A stretch of DNA of 63,620 nucleotides, counting the filler, from Nemertoderma westbladi (taxonomy: Eukaryota > Animalia > Xenacoelomorpha), in the NCBI GenBank assembly GCA_032718475.1. It is 4 parts of 4 records of this genome, joined end to end, with 100 filler letters (N's around TTAATTAATTAA, not from the genome) between each part and the next. Parts side by side here need not be neighbours in the genome. Positions count along the whole stretch, not along the records: positions 1 to 28,503 come from JAUCBJ010004930.1; positions 28,604 to 51,009 come from JAUCBJ010000093.1; 2 more parts are not named here. The stretch is one strand, 5' to 3'. The translations under genes and the position numbers were made by a program. Below the pieces are notes generated by a model that saw only the letters and a program-made list of their open reading frames with translations, searched no databases and was not told the origin of the DNA. Positions 22,851 through 36,601 of the stretch are shown one piece after another (the first letter of the stretch is position 1; every line of letters starts with the position of its first letter).

Positions 22851-25800
22851 CGCACGTCAAGATAACAGCCTTTTATTTTCAGTCGACAGATACTTCTTTT
22901 AATTCAGTAATTATTTCATTTTGTTTCCATCAAAGTTTTAACCCTTAACACATACCTAGTATAATTTTTCTCGAATTTTATTCATATTTTATTTCCACAC
23001 CTATGATTTTTATACATCTATGATTTTTATAAATATGATTAAAGCATTATTACATAGGTTTATTTAAAATTGTTTGTTTTCCCTGCTTTAAAATGCATTT
23101 GCGTAACTTAGCAGAATGTTCGAATATTGCAATGAATTTAGAAATATACTGTAAATTTCATGATTACATATACCTCATACGTTACCTGCAATCTTAATAA
23201 ACTGATGCATTTTATCATAATGTTTTCATAATAGTTCCCTTATGTGGACACTCAAACTGTATTATGCATTATTTTTAAACTATGTAATTTGTAACTTTTT
23301 TTCTCCCATGTTCGAGGCATATATTTCTTGTTACTTACGGTATATGACTTAAATATTTACTTTTTTTTATCGAATTTTATCTTTAATTAATTAATCTATT
23401 TTTTATTTATATTTTATTCCCGCCCTAAAACGCAACTGCGTAACTTGCCAGCCATTGCGAAAAACAAAATGTTTATAATATCTGATTATGTATAAGTATT
23501 TATCTTGGTGCAATGCAGACTGTATAACAGAATGTGTATATATTACATTACTTACAGTACCTACGTATGTACATTACCTTCATATTGAAATTTAATTTTC
23601 CTGTAATTTTGTCCTAATTATTGATTATCTTTATTTCTGCCATATGTGTTTTGTATGTTTGACTTTTGAGATATATTTTTATTGATACTGGCGTAATTAA
23701 ACTAAACTAAACTACCCGACAACACAGCAATGGCAGACTGGTTTGTTTTTCGCAGTTTAGTTTCCTAATTTTTTGGCGGTTCCGACGCCAAGGCATTAGT
23801 TTCAACACCGGTTATGCTGTATGTTCGCCGGAGATCTCACTAAAAAAGCCCAGAGATGTCTGTCTGGTACCGGTACCGTAGTACACGTAGTACCAGTCAG
23901 CCATGCAGCCAGTGGGTAGGGTACCGATAATCTGATAATACAGTACAGCAGTAGGCCTAACAGCCTAATACAGTAATATAAGCTGATAGGCCTAATAACA
24001 ACTGCTGAACTGTACCGCTCAACCGGCGGACTGGTATAATAAACACCGGTATGACGGCGGTACCTCCACCAATACCGATGCGAGAAGCTAAAAATATTGG
24101 CTTCTCGAATGGAAAGCATCCTCCTCAAACACCAGGTAACGTACCCCTACCTATTGCTGTATTGTCACTGTCAGATTGTAGTACTGTAGTACTGTAGTAG
24201 GCCTACATCTAACTCTATCTACCGGTATCTATCTCTGGCTCTATATCTATCTAAAGTAGCCCCGATTTTCTACCCCTTGTGAATTCCAGGCCCAGCTTAA
24301 CCCCTAAATAATTTAGCATATCCCGAGCTTTGGAGTATATCAGTAAGGTACACTGGTACAGTTCGAGTCCGCCTGATTGAGGTTTTGTGCGGCCAGATAT
24401 AATCCCACTTTTTCATGTCAATTGCCACTTGCCAGTTCATCGTTCATGGGAACGCCTAGGCCAGCTCCTGGCTGGTCTGGATTTCAACTGGATGGAATTG
24501 AAATAAATGCAGTTCCGTAATTATTCTTACTACAGTACTACACAGCTACAGTCTGACAGTAAGTACTGTTAACAGTCAGGCAGTATTAATAGTACCCTTA
24601 TACTGTACTGTTGTACTACTGTACTAGTCCGTTACTGTGTTAGTATTCTGGTATTATTGATTATGCAGTTATGGATAGGCCCTATCATCAGCCTATTCCA
24701 TATTACAGTATTACAAATTATGTTATTTACAATAACTATTTCTTGCGGGTACCGGTACCCAATTTATTGTACCTGGCTATCTGGTACAATAAATTGGTCA
24801 CGCACAGTATATCAGTCCAGTCTGTCTGACTGACATAAAAAATCCTCAAAAATTAATATTAAAAATTGTTCATAGGCCAGTAGGCCCAGGTCTGTAAATA
24901 GCTTGAAAAACTGAAAATGAGCATTTTAAAAACGATGTTTAAATCTAAAAAAACAATCTGACAAAATCATAAAACAAGTGGAAAATCAGGTTGTACGAAA
25001 ACGTAAAGCAGTAACGTCGCTGCATAGGGCAGTCTGGCAGTAGGGCTGGAGGGTGAATATGAATAGTAGTCTATTTAATAATTATTCTACTCTATCAGTC
25101 TATACATACTTACATACTGACATACCAGCACCAGCTATATCGAACCCTACTAGCATTCGCATTCATTAGGCCCTACAATCCTTTACTTAATTAGGCCTAC
25201 CGTACTTACTTTTAGCGTTTACTTGATTTACACGATTGATTGATTTTTTTAACCCTAGGCCTATAATAATTACCGGTACCGGTAATGTTCAAAGTTTACA
25301 GCACAATTAATAAAGTGTAAAAAGACACAAAGGCCTATACTGTCTGACTGTAAAAAGACACATACAATTTAAATATACGATACAGTAATTCAATTACGAA
25401 ATATCAATTGGTGGCTCAATACCAATAGTTAGGGTGTGACATACTGACTTATAAGACAGATAAATTAATTATTCATATTTACGGTGCTAAACTAAGTCTA
25501 ATAAATTATACATTGTCGTGTTATTGTGTTACAGTGTATGGATTAGATTTTAATTACCGGTACTGAATTATGCATCCAAAATGGCGCTGGTTGACTTGTT
25601 ACTTACTATATTGGGTTTATATTTCCTATGTGAATTTATATTGGCACTATAAGTTTGCTTTCTTTCCATGTAATTTTATGAATAATGTATAATTATGAAT
25701 AATATAGGTACTACACTACTACAGTACTGTCTATCATTGTTTGTGTCTTTACTTCTTCCATTTTTATGTTCATCTTATTGCAGTATTGATTTATCAAGAT

Positions 25801-26582
25801 ATAAAGTCAATAAAATCCTTAGTACTATTGTCATCCCACAGGCTTGCAGCCAGTCAGTTACAGTGCACGTTAATATGATAAATAAATAAAAGCGAACAGA
25901 GAAGTGTAATCAACTCCGGGCCCATATTGCATCACCAGGTCTTCCAGTACGATTTCGACAGGTGAAACTATCTCTTTTAAATTCTCAGCGATCTCATTTG
26001 TAAAAAAAAAATAGGGGGGGGTGGGGGGTGGGTGTGGCGCCGACTTGTTAAAGAAAACTTGTTGCGGCGATTCTATATCCAGATATTTTAACAGATTAAG
26101 GCTGACGAAATCTAGTGTGTCGTCTTGTCTGGTCGGTCTGTCTGTCTGTCTGTAATCCTTAACCTCATCTTGCATCTATTATTCTATTGGCTTTATTTTT
26201 CGGTTTTAGAATCGGGAGTCCGTTAGTTCTATGAAACTAAATGAATGGATATAATCTAGGCCTCTATATAGGCCTAGCGCAAGCGCATGAGTTTGTACTT
26301 TAAATTTGTACAGTCTATGGAGGCTAGTTTAACACTTGCCTATGTGTTATGGCCATGGGTTGGGTATATTTGGTTTATTATTTTAGTTGGGGTTAGTTGG
26401 TCAGTACATGTAACCATGAGTCGTAATCTAAGAAATTTGGCGGAATTTCCGATATTTTTTCCACAAGGCCCGAAGGGCCGTCAATGTCTATAATGTATGC
26501 ACCCCAATCGTGATATTACCTACTCCTATCCTATTCATTCGTTTCGTACCTCATTAAATTGATCCCATTATTCACTTTGCAG

Positions 26583-26738
26583 GTATAACTACCCACGAAC
26601 TGAAACCGTCGTACACAATAGAAACGATTTTATGTCATTACTGCGAGGACTATATTTGGGGAACGACTAAACCCTTCTACCGTTGCGAAGTGTGTGGAGT
26701 ATGTCTCCACGAAGAGTGTTCGCTAGCAGCTCAACAAG
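26583..26738 (+). CDS. Exon of a PI3K regulatory subunit (invertebrate p85-type): C1 domain
   Basis: AG/GT flanks; HELKPSYTIETILCHYCEDYIWGTTKPFYRCEVCGVCLHEECS; phase-compatible with the 27872 exon, which supplies the last Cys. Not in the ORF track. Confidence 0.8.
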
Positions 26739-26754
26739 GTATAACCTACTGTGG

Positions 26755-27791
26755 AAGGGTCTAGCTAGGTATACTCCGGGAGGGAGGGCCGGAGGGTCTA
26801 GGTATACTCCGGGAGGGAGGGTCGGAGGGTCTAGGTATACTCCGGGAGGGAGGGCCGGAGGGTCTAGGTATACTCCGGGAGGGAGGGCCGGAGGGTCTAG
26901 GTATACTCCGGGAGGGGGGCCGGAGGGTCTAGGTATACTCCGGGAGGGGGGCCGGAGGGTCTAGGTATACTCCGGGAGGGGGGGCCGGAGGGTCTAGGTA
27001 TACTCCGGGAGGAAGGGTCTAGGTATACTCCGGGAGGGAGGGCCGGAGGGTCTAGGTATACTCCGGGAGGGAGGGTCTAGGTATGCTCCGGGAGGGAGGG
27101 TCTAGGTATACTCCGGGAGGGGTGCCGGAGGGTCTAGGTATACTCCGGGAGGGATGCCGGAGGGTCTAGGTATACTCCGGGAGGGGTGCCGGAGGGTCTA
27201 GGTATACTCCGGGAGGGAGGGTCTAGGTATACTCCGGGAGGGAGGGTCTAGGTATACTCCGGGAGGGAGGGTCTAGGTATGCTCCGGGAGGGAGGGTCTA
27301 GGTATACTCCGGGAGGGGTGCCGGAGGGTCTAGGTATACTCCGGGAGGGGTGCCGGAGGGTCTAGGTATACTCCGGGAGGGAGGGCCGGAGGGTCTAGGT
27401 ATACTCCGGGAGGGAGGGCCGGAGGGTCTAGGTATACTCCGGGAGGGAGGGCCGGAGGGTCTAGGTATACTCCGGGAGGGATGCCGGAGGGTCTAGGTAT
27501 ACTCCGGGAGGGAGGGCCGGAGGGTCTAGGTATACTCCGGGAGGGAGGGCCGGAGGGTCTAGGTATACTCCGGGAGGGAGGGTCTAGGTATGCTCCGGGA
27601 GGGAGGGTCTAGGTATACTCCGGGAGGGGTGCCGGAGGGTCTAGGTATACTCCGGGAGGGGTGCCGGAGGGTCTAGGTATACTCCGGGAGGGAGGGCCGG
27701 AGGGTCTAGGTATACTCCGGGAGGGGTGCCGGAGGGTCTAGGTATACTCCGGGAGGGGTGCCGGAGGGTCTAGGTATGCTCCGGGAGGGAG
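26755..27791. repeat. Intronic G-rich ~33-bp minisatellite (GGAGGGTCTAGGTATACTCCGGGAGGGAGGGCC)
   Basis: More than 30 tandem units with length variants, filling most of the intron. Confidence 0.95.
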
Positions 27792-27871
27792 GATATAGGT
27801 TATTAATTGGAGGTCCATATTATTAGCACGACTAGTAGTGTTGACTAATTATTTTATTTATTATACCCTAG

Positions 27872-28202
27872 AACCGAACTGTGCGGTCCACTTGGCCTCC
27901 GATATCCGCAAACCGGCTTTGTATTCGGAGCCGGTTGACATAGAAGATTTTAAGGGGGGCAACGTCCTCCATTGGATGGCCGCCATACAATGTTCCCGCT
28001 ATCTCGACCTCTTCTCCAAGGTCGGGGTGGATGGTAATAAACTCTCTGTCCTCTCGGAGCAGTCGCTCATGGGCTACGGTATAATAGATCCGTTCCATTG
28101 TAAAGCGATAGTTAATGCAACCGACGAGTTGTGTCGAGGGGAGAGTATCACGGATCCATCGCCTCTTAGCGACGCTGATCGCAAACACTACGCTGCTAAT
28201 AG
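27872..28202 (+). CDS. Exon of a PI3K regulatory subunit (invertebrate p85-type): SAM domain
   Basis: NVLHWMAA...YLDLF...VDG...GIIDPFHCKAI...DELC resembles the SAM domain of C1/SAM-containing invertebrate p85; TAG acceptor and GTGAGT donor. Downstream RhoGAP/SH2 exons are not seen (a gap follows). Confidence 0.75.
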
Positions 28203-28503
28203 GTGAGTAGGAATGACCAATGGTGATCGGCCCATGTGAAGTATACCAGACTTTATGCAGTTATATTTCACTTTGTAGTTTACCCCGAGGTGAAGAATCC
28301 CAAGTTTCAAAAACGCAAGTTACAGAAGGGATGAATGTAACCGAAACAATAAACGAATTAGTATCTGTCCAGGTTATAAGATAGAAATAAAGCACTTAAT
28401 GAGGATAAATTAAAAAAATACAAATTTTTTTAAATATAAAATTCCAATAAAATTTCGACCGAAAAGTGAAAATCGTATTATTGTTCACCTAGGGGGCAAT
28501 GGT

Positions 28504-28603
28504 NNNNNNNNNNNNNNNNNNNNNNNNNNNNNNNNNNNNNNNNNNNNTTAATTAATTAANNNNNNNNNNNNNNNNNNNNNNNNNNNNNNNNNNNNNNNNN
28601 NNN
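28504..28603. other. Assembly gap with TTAATTAATTAA linker
   Basis: N-run/linker/N-run; identical constructs at 51010-51109 and 58189-58288. Confidence 0.98.
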
Positions 28604-30728
28604 CATATAAATACCTAGCTATGTTAGTCCTATTACCATACCTGATGTTTAGTGTATCCCAAACTTGTCTTAATCCATCTGGATGTCCAATAAATTTTAA
28701 CGCCATTGACTTGGGAGGTCCTTCCAAACATTCGATGAGGAATCTAAGTTTCTCTCCGTTAGATAGTACAGAGTTCTGTATGTTATCTTTATAATATTCA
28801 TTAAAAGGTAACCATTTCATCTCATCTCCATTGAACTTGACGATCTCTCCCACCTTTACCGCTTGCCGGGCTTCGGTTCTAGCCATTTGACGCGTAAAAC
28901 TTTCTTGGGCCATCGTGTTATTTAATATCGAGTTATCGGTATATAAATTTCTCGGATTATGATCAGTTCTATATGGAATATCATTATCAACAGGTCTATA
29001 ATTACCCTTAATAGGGTTCACTATAGGAGTTTCTACTTCGCTAGCAGTATAGATGCGTGTAGGCTCCACACCTTGCGCATGAGATACTTCAGACCTAACA
29101 GGTTGACACATTGTTACAGAGGGTGGTGGTATACCTCTTTGAGTATTAACTAATTTATCGCGCTCTAGCGCGATACTTTGCTGCACTTCTTGCAACTCTA
29201 GCCTACTTTCCCTTACTGTGCCCTTGAACTGCTGGACAGTCTCCTGCATCTGCCCGAGCAGGATATCCATCCCCCGCCGTCTCTCGTCCACCCATTCGAC
29301 CGCCGAAGCGGGAGTCGCCAATGTTGTAGCGGGCGGACGAGGGACAACGGGCGACAAATTGTGAATATTTCGCTCGGGGTCCAGGACCTGAACTGTCTCC
29401 TGGGCAGTTCTGCGGGGCACAGGTAGCTTAGTGCTATGCAGAGGGAATTTAGAGGTAGTTTCAGGGAGCACAGGTGTGTCTATCACCGAAGGGGTGATTT
29501 CAAGAACAGGCCTAATTATTTCAGGCTCATCTACTATAGTAGGGAGTCTTTCTATTTTAATTATTTGGTCTGTGGGCTCTGTACTACCTAAGTTGGTGTT
29601 ATTTAGTTGCCTTCTAACAGCTGGAGGCAAATCAGGCAATTTCTGACGGTGGAATTTTCTTTTACGTCTGCTTAGACGAGATCTATTTCCTTTGCCTTCA
29701 GTATCGGTGGTATCGCCTTCCTCAGATGATGTATACCCCTGTCTCTTGGGAGTAGATCGACTCATCATCTGCATATTGCTCGCTGTTAACTGTTTATTGA
29801 AGTTGTCTTGCTTCTCTTGAAGAATTTCCAACTCTAGTTGGGTTATCTCTTCAGCCGCTTTTCGTTCTACTTCCGCCACTGCTGCCGCTTTTGCCTCTGC
29901 CGCTGCCGCTTTTGCCTCTGCCGCTGCCGCTTTTCGTTCTGCTTCCGCCACTGCTGCCGCTTTTGCCTCTGCCGCTGCCGCTTTTGCCTCTGCCGCTGCC
30001 GCTTTTGCCTCTGCCGCTGCCGCTTTTCTTTCTGCCTCTGCCACGGCTGCTATCTTTCTGTCCTCTATACGTTTTTTCCTTACTTGTTCTTCCTTTTCTC
30101 TAGCGATGCGGAGTTGTTCATCGAATTTAGCTTGGTTCGCCGCTAACATTTCCGCATCGATTGCATCCAGCACAAGCTTGGTTCCTTCACTATTAGGGCT
30201 AAGCCCCTCCAGCCTTCTCCTCAACTCTTCATCTCCTACAAAGCGTTGATAGTCTGACAGATAGATGTCAATAGCATCCCTCTTATGCGGTTTCTCTGCT
30301 GTCACTTCGCTTTCTTCTTGAGAAGAAGTGGCGTCGGTTGATTCTTCATAGGTTGGCCGCTCATCATAAACCTTATCCGCCATCTTCGCTCCGCGTTCGG
30401 GCGTCCGCCCAACAGTATCCGAACCACCGGAGCTATCGGGCCGCTGAGAAGTAAGCTCTTGGCTCGCGGGTTGTCGCTGTTCCGCTGCTTCTTGGTCCCG
30501 CTTGACCCGAGCTCGAGTGCCTATGATAGACCTACGATGTTGGACCAGCCCAGGGTCTGAGACTACTACAGTAGGGATGGCCCTTCTTACAGCAGGAGGT
30601 GACTTAGACTTGGATCTAGGATGTTCTATACTTGGATCTGGGTCACTGATCTTTTTAAGACACTTTCTGACAGTCATTCTAACACTATCTAGGAGACTAT
30701 CCGACAGTGATTGGGTTGTGTCAGACAT
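28604..30728 (-). CDS. gag: BEL/Pao gag of family B (open up to the gap)
   Basis: KFNGDEMKWLPF...EKLRFLIECLEGPPK...VWDTLNIRYGN (DUF1759-like); AEAKAAA coiled-coil repeats. Confidence 0.85.
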
Positions 30729-32105
30729 GCTCGTTTACACAGTTGAATGCCTACGGCTATAAATACAGTTAAAGCAAGTCTAGTAATTCAGTATTAACTG
30801 CTAGCCTAGTAATTAATTACCGATACTGCTACTCAGTGTAGCGTGATATATATAATATTAGAATACCGGTATGCTTATGGTATATATAAATATTATTACA
30901 GACTAGGTTTTTCACAGAAACCGGTATATAATTTTAGCACAAATATATATAAATATATAATAGGCCTATCGTGAATACCGGTATGCAGTTTACACTTATA
31001 GTGTATATATATAAGTATAATTACAGACTAGAATTAATTACAGAATACCGGTATGATTTCAACCTAAAATTTATAGAAATAAATATAATAAGCCTATTGT
31101 AAATACCGGTATGTCAATTATTTTAAATAATTGAATTTCTGAATTTTAAGGGTTACTTGGTTACTTTTCTTACTTTATTACCGCTATTTGAGCAGTAGAC
31201 CAACTGATATGGAGACCTAATGGTTGTATGGTAGGCCTACTATTTATAAATCGTTAGATTTGATTTATAATATATATACCCGTTTTAATGGGTTTTGTCA
31301 ATGTTTGAAATAAATGTTATTATTTCTGGAGAGTAATCACTACACAAAGCGGTGCGCTTTCAGTGAAGTGTTACTGATAGGACACTAAAACAAATAATAC
31401 TAATTTACCTAAGTTACTTAATACTACAGATTACGTACAATTCGGGTGAGATTACAATCTCTAAATAAACACAAAAATTTACAAAAAACACAAAATACGA
31501 ATTTTCAGGGTAATTTTACAAGAAGTCTACAAACCAGCCTAACAAAGGGTTAGAAAACTGATTATTACAACGGACAGGGTACTACGGTATTTGAAATAAT
31601 AAGTAGTAGTAAATACACTGCGTTGTCCAGATAGGAAAATACCACCGCCTGACGACCTATAGCCGTATCGCTATAGGTACTACGTTATGTATCACGGAGT
31701 GTTCCTACCTAGAAGTTAATAGAGCTAATCGAATGTGCCTATCAACCACTTTACAACACAAATGTAATGCCTACACTAATTACTTCGGAAAGTACTGTAC
31801 ACTAAACCCTAAATTAGGTACGAGTACTTGTACAACAGATAATCAGTAGTTAAATATACTTGAACAGCTAAAGGAACCACGGCATCTGCTGGAGTGACCG
31901 ATGCACAAAATCACCAGTCTTTACCTACGCCAAGCAGCCCGTGTAGTACCGAGGTTAATTTAACTATAGCGGTATGTATAACAAACACAATTATTGTAGG
32001 AACAAACTTGGGGAATGAATGTTGCGAATAATCGCATAAACTCTGAATAATAAATATTACGCTACGCGTACAAACTACTCAAACAAAATACAGACCGAAC
32101 ACTGA

Positions 32106-32618
32106 CAGACTACTATCAAGCCTAAACAAACTACGGTATATGCAGACTCCGAAATGATTAGGGAGTATGCGCTCTAACCCAGTAGTGCGACTTATTCTTT
32201 AGTTGGGGGTTTACCTTACAGCGTTCGCTGCCCCTACTGCCTAACCGTACTTAATCGGACAGATGATCTACACACGCGGCAATCCGTTCAGACCTAATAA
32301 CAGCCAGACAACTATCCAGCCTACAAATTATTTAAATAAAATTATACGCTACCCGTACAGACTTACACAAACAAAGTACAGACTAAACGATGGCAGACTA
32401 CTCTCAAGCCTAAATAAACTACAGGACATGCAGACTCCGAAATGATTAGGGAGTATGCGCTCTAACCCAGTAGTGCGACTTATTCTTTAGTTGGGGGTTT
32501 ACCTTACAGCGTTCGCTGCCCCTACTTCCTAACCGTACTTAATCGGACAGGTGATCTACACACACTGCAACTCGTTCAGACCTAACAGCAATCAGACAAC
32601 AGCTCAGCCTACAAATTG
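32106..32618. repeat. Two ~225-bp direct repeats (period ~288) in the family-B 5' leader
   Basis: GCAGACTCCGAAATGATTAGGGAGTATGCG...GTTCAGACCTAA is duplicated almost exactly. Confidence 0.9.
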
Positions 32619-32901
32619 TCTGTACAATCTGATCAAGCTTACACGCCTTCTGTTCAATACTGGCCTACAAACAAATAAAATTGACAGAAATAAGTAAAAA
32701 TCTCAATAAAAAACCAGGGCGGGCCCTCCCTGATTAATTATTAAGGCCTACCGGTATATAATTATCAAAATCGAATAATACTGCTGTACCTGTACTGCTG
32801 TAGGTACCGGTCCGGGTGGTTAGGTAGTCAGGCCTACTGGGTACCGGTTGCCGGTACTTCAGCTTTATTGCCTACTGCAATACAGAAGCTATATCCTTTA
32901 A

Positions 32902-34105
32902 TGTTCGCGCTTTCAGACCTTTGGCAGTTTAACCCGCCAAATTAAGATGTCTTCTAGATATTAAATCGCTTTTTAGCCTATGACAAGTATTTGATTCACT
33001 ACACTAGCCGAAACCAATCTGTGCGCGATCATTCACCCGCTGGATATTCCCGGGAGATTGGGTTCGACGGTTTAATTTTATTGCTATGTAAGCCTAATGT
33101 ATTATTCGACTGACAGTATTATATAATCTCTGACAATATTATTCACCTTCGGTAATATTAACAGTTCCTTTAGGACGTGGCGCTTTATCTACATAAACAG
33201 AGTTATGACTTAAACTACCCACAACGATATGGCTCAATTATAATTCACATATATGGCGCATTCTTTAGGAATGCTTCTTTAACAGACTCACTCATACACA
33301 ATGCTGCACAATACTGCACACTAATCTGCCGATCTTCACTGATTTTAGTCACATATAAAAGGAACACAGACTGACTCATGTAGGGTCTATCAAATAACAT
33401 TAGATTCACTTCAAACCACTTTAACATAAGTCACAATCGTTTATCTGTAACCTTTCTCTCTTACCTTCGGTATATCAAGAATATTGGGTTTAGGGGTTAT
33501 TTCTCGTTATTCCAATATAATAATTCATCAACCATATTATGAAGAACTGACAGTAAATAGCAGTATAAAACAACAACTGAACACTGATTGTTATGAGTTT
33601 GCAATGTTTCAGCAGTCAGTATGTATGATCAGTTAGCAGTGAGATATTTACAGTTAAAGGATATATGTCCTTATAATTAAACCTACTAGTGTAAGACTAA
33701 AAACTGAAAACACGGAGGTGCCAAAGCCGGTTCTTAGGCTCTGGGCAAAAACATAACACTGAACTACTGAGTTTCTGTATATACCTCCAACACAGAGACA
33801 ACAAACGCTCTGATTGGTCAACCTGAACAACGAGAGAACAAAGAAACAAAGAAACGTCGACGTGGCAATATCAGCTGCTAGCCGTCGTCATGGTAGCGAC
33901 ACTGTTTTCAAGAGTATCGAGCTTTTACGTCACAGAATTACGGATTATGTCCTCTAAAGTACAAATACAGAAGAAATAGCTTTTATGTCCGCTAAAACAC
34001 CAGTACAGCAAGGACACGGCCTTTTTATGCCTGGTAAACCAACTACAGAGTATTTTACGGGAAAATAAGGAAAAATAACCGGACAATTCAGCAAAAGCTT
34101 TTACA
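32902..34105 (-). mobile_element. 5' LTR of the family-B BEL/Pao element
   Basis: Same family as the solo LTRs but with no TSD (TTTAA vs GGCTT); lies upstream of the minus-strand gag; minus-strand CCAAT (~33812), TATATA (33778-33783) and TCAGT Inr-like motif (~33760). Confidence 0.8.
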
Positions 34106-34149
34106 GGCTTGTTAGAATACAAAAAATGTGCTCGCTTAGCATCCAGTGC

Positions 34150-35990
34150 TGCATTTAGAGCGGCCTGTATTAATGAAAATAAAGTTCTCTCCTCCGGAAA
34201 GCCAGATGCAATTTTCAGGCAATTTTCATCTCCAAACGTATTAATAAGTCTGGTATATTACCGTTGAAGTTTGGTGGCAGCACTATAGTGAGTGGAGAAT
34301 GCCACCAAGGCTCATATTTTATTAAATGTATTGTCTGAAATTTTTTCTATTGATAGCAATATTGTACCCGATTTTCCCCTTAGCCCTTTGGTTACTAGGC
34401 CCTTTTTTAAATAGCCCCCCAGAACCTAAAAATTATGCAAACTTTAAAACACATTTACGGCAATGCCAATCATCTAGAAGTTTATAACACATTTTTAAAA
34501 TGATTTGACTTTTATCTTAAAGTACCCGTAGGAATTAATATATCATCAATAGATTTTTCTCCTGTAAATGTTTATACTATGCTTCGAAAGATTCCGGCCA
34601 AGATCAGTAGGACACTCCAAATGGATTGCCCAGCCTTCTTATTTCAAAATTAGCACGCTGTATATCTGCACCATTGTCCGCTATATTTACCATCTCATTT
34701 GAAACGTAAATGCTCCCTTCAATTTGGCTCACAGCTGATGTCATCCCGCTGTTTAAAAAAGATAATTCATCTGATCCCTACAACTACCGGCCTATTTCAT
34801 TAACATGTACAGTAGAGTATATCCTGTAAGTTAATGGAAATGTGTATTAAATATGAGTTATATGAATATTTACTTAGGAACAAGTTAAATACAAAGGCAC
34901 CGCACGGGTTTTTAATGCGCAAATCTACATGTACTCAGTTATTGGAATCCTTTAATGAATCGTATAAAATTGTTGATCGTGGCGACGCCTTTGACGTAGT
35001 GTACATTGACTTCGCAAAGGCGTAACTAGTAAGCGTTAAGCTAAGCTTTTCAGTTATGGAAAAGCGGAAATCTTATGGCTTCATTAACAGCATTTCTTTC
35101 CAATCGTACTCAACGTGTACTACAGTAGTTGAAAATACTGTAGTTATTCTAATTATTGTAAAGTTATTTCGGGTACCCCGCTGGGGCGGGGATATTTTTA
35201 GGACCATTATTATTTTTACTGTTCATTAATGACTTAGCTGAAAATGTTTACCCTGTATCGTGCAAATTATTTGCTGATGATGCTAAATTGTTCGCTCTCT
35301 CTCTTAACAATCTCTTAACAAACTCTTAAGCAAATGAATGGCAACTCACCATTGCTCCTCATAAGTGCCAAGTGCTTTATTTCGGTAACAATAATGTGCG
35401 TACCTCTTACTGTCTTTACAATAATATTTATCAATATAAAGGGGGAATCTCACTGTAAAGATTTAGGAGTTACGATTTCCAATAATCTAAAGTTCGTTAA
35501 GTATTGCCGTGAACAAGTAGCCAAAGCCTACAAAATTGTAAATATGCTTTTTCGTTGTTTTTACACTGAGAATATGGTAGCTCTTATGAGCGCGTATAAA
35601 TCATACGTCCGACCTTTATTGGAATATTGTGCACCTGTTTGCCCCCCCCTCCCCCCATTCTTATTAACGTCTATAGACTTGGTTGAGAATGTACAAAGAC
35701 ATTTTACACGTAAACTTTATTTGCGGTGCGGTTTGTCCTATAGTAGCTACAGTACCTCGACCGACACAACTCTCCCGTGTTACAACCTCTTGAACTAAGG
35801 CGTTATATTTTCGATCTTAAGATGGTATATTCCATTGAACGAAATTTAATCGACCTTAATTTTGATGATCTTTTTACACGCCCCTCTAGACCCGGTCTCA
35901 GAGGACATAACCATAAACTACCCATAAAGCGAACTAGACTTAATCAATGCAAAATTTTTTTTGCTAATCGTGTACTCGTGGAATCGTAAT
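34150..35990 (+). mobile_element. Degenerate CR1/L2-group LINE RT
   Basis: YNYRPISLT, DVVYIDFAKA, LFADD, KDLGV, YVRPLLEY, LRGHNHKL, with many stops. Confidence 0.9.
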
Positions 35991-36601
35991 ACATACTGTA
36001 GTTAGTAATTTCACTAGGTCTCTCCCTAAATGGAAATTGTTATAACTTGAAAACTAACAGAGCTACTATTAAATATCGGTTTTCAGATTTGGAAACACCA
36101 TTTAATCGTGCATTATAATAGATCATAAAAATAATTTCGACATATTTTGGACCAAAGTGGTGTACCCCCCCCCCCCCCCCCCCCCCCTAAGTTAACTGAT
36201 TAATTTAGGTTGATCAAACCCCCACAGAGACGCAACCTAAAGACTAGTCCATATGATATGTACTGTATATGCAAAGTTGTCATCTTGTAAAAATAATTTA
36301 GGTTTTCTATTTCATTCATTTTGCCCTCAAGTGAAGAAGCCCCCTTCAATGTATATTTTTTCCATACATCTGTCCTAATCAAGTTTTAGTTGAGGATAGT
36401 TAATAAACATAATTACTCAAATATTTGACAGACATGGAAACGGAAAGACCGTCATACAGACACCAACTGATTTACCGACACACGGAAACATGTTAGGAAT
36501 AATTTAAATTCACAAAACATTTTAACACCCGTGCTCTGACAGTGAATAAATAATTATTATTCCAAAATTGTAACCTGTACATTTAGTATTGTAATTGGTG
36601 T

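Noticed and set aside
23780-24490. Possible THAP-domain remnant on the minus strand (FEEDAF, FP...KKW)
   Set aside because: The fragments are too short and scattered to support a call.
28504-28603. Recurrent TTAATTAATTAA motif between N runs
   Set aside because: Artificial scaffolding linker; it also creates the false gag stop at 28548, and adjacency across the gaps is uncertain.
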